Below are positions 40,477-44,676 of a stretch of 44,676 bases of DNA, in pieces (position 1 is the stretch's first letter; the number at the start of each line of letters is the position of its first letter). Source of the stretch: Thermoplasmata archaeon (GTDB taxonomy: Archaea > Thermoplasmatota > Thermoplasmata > Lutacidiplasmatales > UBA184); NCBI GenBank assembly GCA_030038895.1, contig JASHQX010000030.1, positions 1-44,676 on the forward strand. The letters run 5' to 3'. Under the pieces are notes generated by a model that made no database searches, was not told where the DNA came from, and saw only the letters and a list, made by a program, of their open reading frames with translations. The position numbers were made by a program, and so were the translations under genes.

Positions 40477-42030
40477 ATGACCGTGGCCGCGTCCGCGCCC
40501 GAAGGCATCCGCCGGGGCCCGACGTCGCTCGACGAGATCGAGACGACGGAGGACATCCCGATCCCGTCCGATCCGCTCCAGCGGGTCATTGGCCAAGAGA
40601 AGGCCGTCGAGATCGCGCGGATCGCGGCCTACCAGCATCGCCACCTCCTCTTGGTTGGTCCTCCGGGCATCGGCAAGTCGATGACCGCCCAGGCGCTCGC
40701 GCTTCACCTCGACCGGCCCCGCACCGAGTTACGGGTCGTCCACAACCCCGAGAACCCCGAACGTCCGAGCATCGAGCTCGCGACACGCGAGGAGGTCTAC
40801 CGCGAGCGGGAGGCCGCCCGCTCGGTCGAGGGCGAGCTGATCCTCCCGACCGAGGCCCCCGCGTCCGTCGCCGAGCGGCTCGGCTACCGGTGTCCGCGGT
40901 GCAGCTTTTACTCCCTGCCCAGCGAGCGGTACTGTCCGAGCTGCGGGAATGTTAAGCAGGTCGTCCCCGGCGTCTCGGGAAGCGGAAATCCATTCCGCGA
41001 CCTCGTCGGCGGGATCCTCGAGCTCACCGTTAGCCCGGGCGGGAACCCGCAAGAGTCCGTTCGGACCACGCGCTTAAGGAATGGCGTCGAGGAGGTAGTG
41101 GCGTACGAGCGGGCCGCTGATCGGATCAAAGTCCTCGACCAGCGGGCACTCGAGCGACGCCGCACACTCCAGCGGGAAAGTCCGCGCAAGGTACTGGTGA
41201 AACTTGACCGAAACTCGTTCGTAATGGCGACCGGGGCGAGCGAGACCGAGCTCCTCGGCGACGTCCGCCACGACCCCTATGGCGGTCATCCCCAGCTCGG
41301 TACGCTCCCGTACGAGCGGGTGATCCCGGGGGCGATACACGAGTCCCACGAGGGCGTCCTTTTCATCGACGAGCTCCCTCACCTCGGGTTCCTCCAGCGC
41401 CACATCCTCACCGCGATGCAGGAGAAGCGGTTCCCGATCTCGGGCCGCAACCCGCAGTCGGGCGGAGCGGCGGTACGCGTCGACGGCGTGCCGTGCGACT
41501 TCATCCTCGTGGCCGCCGCGAACATCCAGGACATCCACCGAATCCTTTCTCCCCTGCGCTCTCGGATCGCCGGGTCGGGCTACGAGGTTCTCCTCGAGAC
41601 CTCGATGCCGGACAACGACGCGAACCGGCTGCGCATCGCCCAGTTCTGCGCGCAGGAGATCGCGGTCGACGGCCGCATCCGGCCGGCGACCCGGGCGGCC
41701 ATCGTCGAGCTGATCAAAGAGGCGCGGCGCCGTGCCGAGGCGCTCGATAGCCGGCGGAACGCGCTCACCCTGCGACTACGCGAGCTCGGAGGACTCATCC
41801 GGACCGCGGGCGATCTCGCGGCAGTCTCGGGCAGCGCGTACCTCGACGCGCGCCATGTCCAGGAGGCCCTCCTCCGGGCGCGGTCGATCGAGGAACAGGT
41901 TCGCGAGGTCTACGGATCTTTCCAAAGTGGCCTCCGGCAGGAGTCGACCGAGGCCCAACGGCAGTCGATGGGCTACTACAACTGGACTGACCACCCTGAC
42001 TCGAATCAGTACCCCGGCGGGTATGGGTGA
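40477..42030 (+). CDS. LonB-type AAA+ ATPase lacking both the protease domain and the membrane anchor, with a zinc-ribbon insertion
   Basis: ETTEDIPIPSDPLQRVIGQEKAVEIARIAAYQHRHLLLVGPPGIGKS, LGDVRHDPYGG, GVLFIDELP, TAMQEKRFPISG, CDFILVAAAN, LRSRI and LTLRLRELGG are collinear with archaeal LonB. CPRC...CPSC lies between Walker A and B. The protein ends about 40 aa after the AAA+ lid. Confidence 0.75.
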   Translation: MTVAASAPEGIRRGPTSLDEIETTEDIPIPSDPLQRVIGQEKAVEIARIAAYQHRHLLLVGPPGIGKSMTAQALALHLDRPRTELRVVHNPENPERPSIELATREEVYREREAARSVEGELILPTEAPASVAERLGYRCPRCSFYSLPSERYCPSCGNVKQVVPGVSGSGNPFRDLVGGILELTVSPGGNPQESVRTTRLRNGVEEVVAYERAADRIKVLDQRALERRRTLQRESPRKVLVKLDRNSFVMATGASETELLGDVRHDPYGGHPQLGTLPYERVIPGAIHESHEGVLFIDELPHLGFLQRHILTAMQEKRFPISGRNPQSGGAAVRVDGVPCDFILVAAANIQDIHRILSPLRSRIAGSGYEVLLETSMPDNDANRLRIAQFCAQEIAVDGRIRPATRAAIVELIKEARRRAEALDSRRNALTLRLRELGGLIRTAGDLAAVSGSAYLDARHVQEALLRARSIEEQVREVYGSFQSGLRQESTEAQRQSMGYYNWTDHPDSNQYPGGYG

Positions 42031-42075
42031 CACGCCCGCTAGGGCTATGTGCCGCGCCCTGGTGGCCGCCGAAGC

Positions 42076-42148
42076 GGGCGCGTAGTCTAGTGGTTATGAC
42101 GTCACCCTGACACGGTGAAGGTCGCCAGTTCGAATCTGGCCGCGCCCA
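42076..42148 (+). tRNA. tRNA-Val (anticodon GAC)
   Basis: Hand-folded 73 nt: acceptor GGGCGCG/CGCGCCC, anticodon arm TCACC-CTGACAC-GGTGA, T arm GCCAG-TTCGAAT-CTGGC, discriminator A. Confidence 0.9.
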
Positions 42149-42215
42149 TCGCTGTCCCGGGGTAGTACCAATTGCCCCGAAAGTGACCCCACCCGTCCCA
42201 CCGTCTGAGTTCGAC

Positions 42216-42533
42216 CTATCCCAATGCTGAGGCGGGGTAGCACCGCAGGAGCCTAGAATGACTCCCCCACCGCTCGGACCGTGGGCTCAATCGCGGCCTG
42301 GCGACCCTCGAGGCTCGCGATGTGGGACCGGATTTTTCCAACCGCCACTTTTCGTAGAGGTCGGCGTGCTCTGAGTGTAGGGACCGAGTGAGGGCGACTT
42401 GCCCCCTGCCCCCACGCTGCGCCTCGGGATTCTCGTGGTACCCGAGTCGCCGCCACACGGCGATGTTCGACCGGCCGGGGTTGGCCCGGAGCTCGTCTTC
42501 GAAGATTCGTTCCGGATTACGGGAGTACGACAC
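42216..42533 (-). CDS. Small hypothetical ORF, possibly frameshifted at an A5 run
   Basis: MSYSRNPERIFEDELRANPGRSNIAVWRRLGYHENPEAQ...DLYEKWRLEK, then low complexity. The alternative frame continues sensibly (IRSHIASLEGRQAAIEPTVRAVGESF). It overlaps the ALDH stop by 17 nt. Confidence 0.25.
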   Translation of the reverse strand: MSYSRNPERIFEDELRANPGRSNIAVWRRLGYHENPEAQRGGRGQVALTRSLHSEHADLYEKWRLEKSGPTSRASRVARPRLSPRSERWGSHSRLLRCYPASALG

Positions 42534-43998
42534 CGTATGCGGCGTCGTCCAAGTCGGTGTGTTCGGGGTTCACGAAGATGTGACGGGTTTGAGTGCATTC
42601 GAGGATCCCCTCCAGTCCCAACTCCCTCCCAATCCCGCTATTCTTGAAACCGCCTCTCGGGGCTGCCGCCGAGAGCATATGGTACTCGTTGACCCAGACC
42701 GTGCCGGCGTCGATCTGGGAAGCCACCCGCTCCGCCCTCGTCAGGTCGCTCGTCCAGACCCCTGCGGCAAGCCCGTACTCCGTGCGGTTGGCGAGCTCGA
42801 TGGCCTCTGACTCCGTTTCGAACTCCATGACGGACAAAACGGGTCCGAAAATCTCCTCTCGCCAGACCTCCTGGTCGTGATGCACCTCCGTCAGAACCGT
42901 GGGAGGATAGAACAGACCACCCGGCGGCGAGAGCACCGACACCTCCTTGCGGAAGTAGACCTTGGCGCCCGCCGCCACTCCCGCCTCCACCATGGTCTCG
43001 ATCTTCCGCTTCTGTTTTTCCGTCGTGATCGCGCTGATATCCGTCTCCATGTCCATCGGATTGCCGGGCCTCATTCTTCCCATCAGCTCGCGCAGCTTGG
43101 CGAGAAACGACTCTCGGATGGACGCCTGCAAGAGGAGCCGACTACCGGACTCGCAGAGTTGCCCTGAGTTCAGATAGATCCCGAAGAGAGCCCCCATGGC
43201 CGCCTGCTCGAGGTCGGCATCCGCGAAGACCACGTTGGGGGACTTCCCTCCCAGTTCCAGGGTGAATTTCTTTAGCCCGGAGGAACCGGCCATGAGTTCC
43301 TGGCCCGTTTTCGTCGAACCGGTGAAGCTGACCATGTTTACGTGCTTGTTCTTAACCAGCGCATCTCCGACGACGGGTCCGTAGCCGGTGACCACGTTGA
43401 CGACGCCGGGCGGGAAACCCACCGCAGCTGTGTCCCGGCCCAGTTCCAGGGCGGTCAGGGGCGTGTAGTGAGATGGTTTGAGGACCACCGCGTTCCCCGC
43501 GAGGAGCGCCGGGGCCAACTTCCAGATCGCCATCAGGAACGGGACGTTCCACGGGGCGATGGACGCGACTACTCCCATCGGAGCGTACTGCACAACGCCA
43601 CGCGTTCCCGGGTACTCGGGGTGCTCGATCTCTCTCTGGAGAGCGAACTCCTTGGTGGTGGCGAAGTATCGAACGTTCTCGATGCCCAAGGGGATGTCCA
43701 AGAGGGTGCTTTGCCGAAGGGTCTTACCAGTGTTCAGCGATTCTAGGAAGGCGTAGGTCTCGGACCGGGACTGAATCCGCTCCACCAGGCGGAGCAAGAG
43801 GTCCTGCCGTTCCTTCAGGGTCGATGTTTTCCACTTTTTCGAGGCTTCCCGGGCCGTCTCGACCGCCTCGTCGGTCTTCTTCGCGTCCGCGTAGGTGACC
43901 GTGGCCACATCACGGCCATCCGCGGGGCTCTTCAGCAGGTGGCCCTCCCCGTCGAAATCCTCCCGCTCCCCGATCCGATTGCCGTATCGCGGCTCCAT
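42517..43998 (-). CDS. NAD(P)+-dependent aldehyde dehydrogenase
   Basis: FTGSTKTGQELM, TLELGGKSPNVVF and catalytic NSGQLCESGSRLL; EEIFGPV. Confidence 0.9.
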   Translation of the reverse strand: MEPRYGNRIGEREDFDGEGHLLKSPADGRDVATVTYADAKKTDEAVETAREASKKWKTSTLKERQDLLLRLVERIQSRSETYAFLESLNTGKTLRQSTLLDIPLGIENVRYFATTKEFALQREIEHPEYPGTRGVVQYAPMGVVASIAPWNVPFLMAIWKLAPALLAGNAVVLKPSHYTPLTALELGRDTAAVGFPPGVVNVVTGYGPVVGDALVKNKHVNMVSFTGSTKTGQELMAGSSGLKKFTLELGGKSPNVVFADADLEQAAMGALFGIYLNSGQLCESGSRLLLQASIRESFLAKLRELMGRMRPGNPMDMETDISAITTEKQKRKIETMVEAGVAAGAKVYFRKEVSVLSPPGGLFYPPTVLTEVHHDQEVWREEIFGPVLSVMEFETESEAIELANRTEYGLAAGVWTSDLTRAERVASQIDAGTVWVNEYHMLSAAAPRGGFKNSGIGRELGLEGILECTQTRHIFVNPEHTDLDDAAYGVVLP

Positions 43999-44676
43999 CT
44001 ACCCGTGACCTCCGTACGCTCTCGTGAGCAGCTCTCGTAGCTCCGTCGTGCCCGAATCGCGAGGATTCATCGCCAACCCCGTCGACTCCGATGCGGAGGC
44101 GACCAACTCCTCAAGGGCGGCAACGTACTCGGCCCTTCCCACGCCGGCCTCGCTCACCGTAGAGGCCTGGCCCATCGCTCGGAACAGGTTCCGCACTGAG
44201 CCTGCGAGTGACTCGGCCCGATACGCCTCTGGAAACAGCGCGTTCAACCGGGCGTATCGGTCTCCGCACACCGGACTGTTGAATTCGATCACGAGAGGAA
44301 GGAAGATGCCCACCGTCTTACCATGAGGTAACTTGAAACGCGCACCCAGGGCGTGACCGAGCGCATGGGCCAGCCCGATCTGCGAGTTCGAGAACGACAG
44401 GCCCGCCATCGAGGCGCCAATGTGCACGTTGGCCCTCAGCTTCCGGTTGGTCGGTTCCGCGAGCACGCCGGGCAAGCTGCCCAGAATGAGCTCCAGTCCT
44501 TTCTCGGAAAACGCGTCCGAAAACGGGTTCCTCCAGGTGCTCACGTAACCTTCGATCGCGTGGGTTATGGCATCGACGGCCGTGTTCTTCGTCTGTTCGG
44601 CCGGGAGAGAGATGACCATATCCGGGTCCAGAACCGCGTAGTCCGGAATGATCTCGGGGGAGGCCAGTTCGTGCTT
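43999..44676 (-). CDS. Iron-containing (group III) alcohol dehydrogenase; N-terminus outside the window
   Basis: ...IIPDYAVLDPDMVISLPAEQTKNTAVDAITHAIEGYVS...GLAHALGHALGARFKLPHGKTVG. The frame is open to the window edge. Its stop abuts the ALDH ATG (TAGATG). Confidence 0.85.
   Translation of the reverse strand, partial: KHELASPEIIPDYAVLDPDMVISLPAEQTKNTAVDAITHAIEGYVSTWRNPFSDAFSEKGLELILGSLPGVLAEPTNRKLRANVHIGASMAGLSFSNSQIGLAHALGHALGARFKLPHGKTVGIFLPLVIEFNSPVCGDRYARLNALFPEAYRAESLAGSVRNLFRAMGQASTVSEAGVGRAEYVAALEELVASASESTGLAMNPRDSGTTELRELLTRAYGGHG

Noticed and set aside
42201-42222. GAGTTCGACCTATCC, resembling the T-arm region of tRNA-Val (CAGTTCGAATCTGGCC), as a possible att repeat.
   Set aside because: Only about 7 contiguous matching bases, and no integrase nearby. 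This is insufficient for an integration-site call.

Overview
This is a visibly GC-rich, very compact archaeal chromosome segment. G+C is roughly two-thirds by eye and was not computed. Archaeal signature genes are present: DnaG-type primase, PolD small subunit, RNase HII, SRP19, ribosomal protein S8e, GPN-loop GTPase, a LonB-type AAA+ module, XPD helicase, pyruvoyl arginine decarboxylase and a short 4-helix heme A synthase.

I call about 55 protein genes and 2 tRNAs (Pro-GGG, Val-GAC). There is no rRNA, CRISPR array, transposase or integrase. Many genes are joined by ATGA or TGATG overlaps. Several promoters look leaderless, with an ATATAG-like box about 23-30 nt before the ATG. Most long ORFs in the supplied track that lie antisense to conserved genes are Arg/Pro/Gly-rich shadow ORFs typical of high-GC DNA, and I rejected them.

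By inference, the organism is an aerobic heterotrophic euryarchaeon of Thermoplasmata-like type. The basis is PolD, sulfocyanin-type cupredoxins, and glucose dehydrogenase plus KDG-aldolase-like genes of the non-phosphorylative Entner-Doudoroff route.

The most interesting content is listed below.
1. A respiratory island spans about 13.9-26.7 kb. One tightly coupled operon strings together tatA-tatC-tatA/B-like, a Rieske protein, cytochrome b, three unassigned small membrane proteins, oxidase subunit I, and heme A and heme O synthases.
2. Next to it lie an AbrB-PhoU regulator, three paralogous cupredoxin modules, a 323-aa orphan membrane protein, and a coxII gene split in two exactly in the TM1-TM2 loop.
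3. A shared cis-element, GTAC[G/A]-N6-TATA-like box, sits in front of four promoters of that island.
4. A translationally coupled triad, heptose-7-P kinase-like / GmhA-like / CBS-ParB(Srx) fusion, sits directly downstream of xpd.
5. A protease-less, anchor-less LonB paralogue carries a zinc-ribbon insertion and lies next to dnaG.
6. A 340-nt structured non-coding gap lies upstream of dnaG.

All functional calls rest on my reading of motifs in the translations. No database search was possible.
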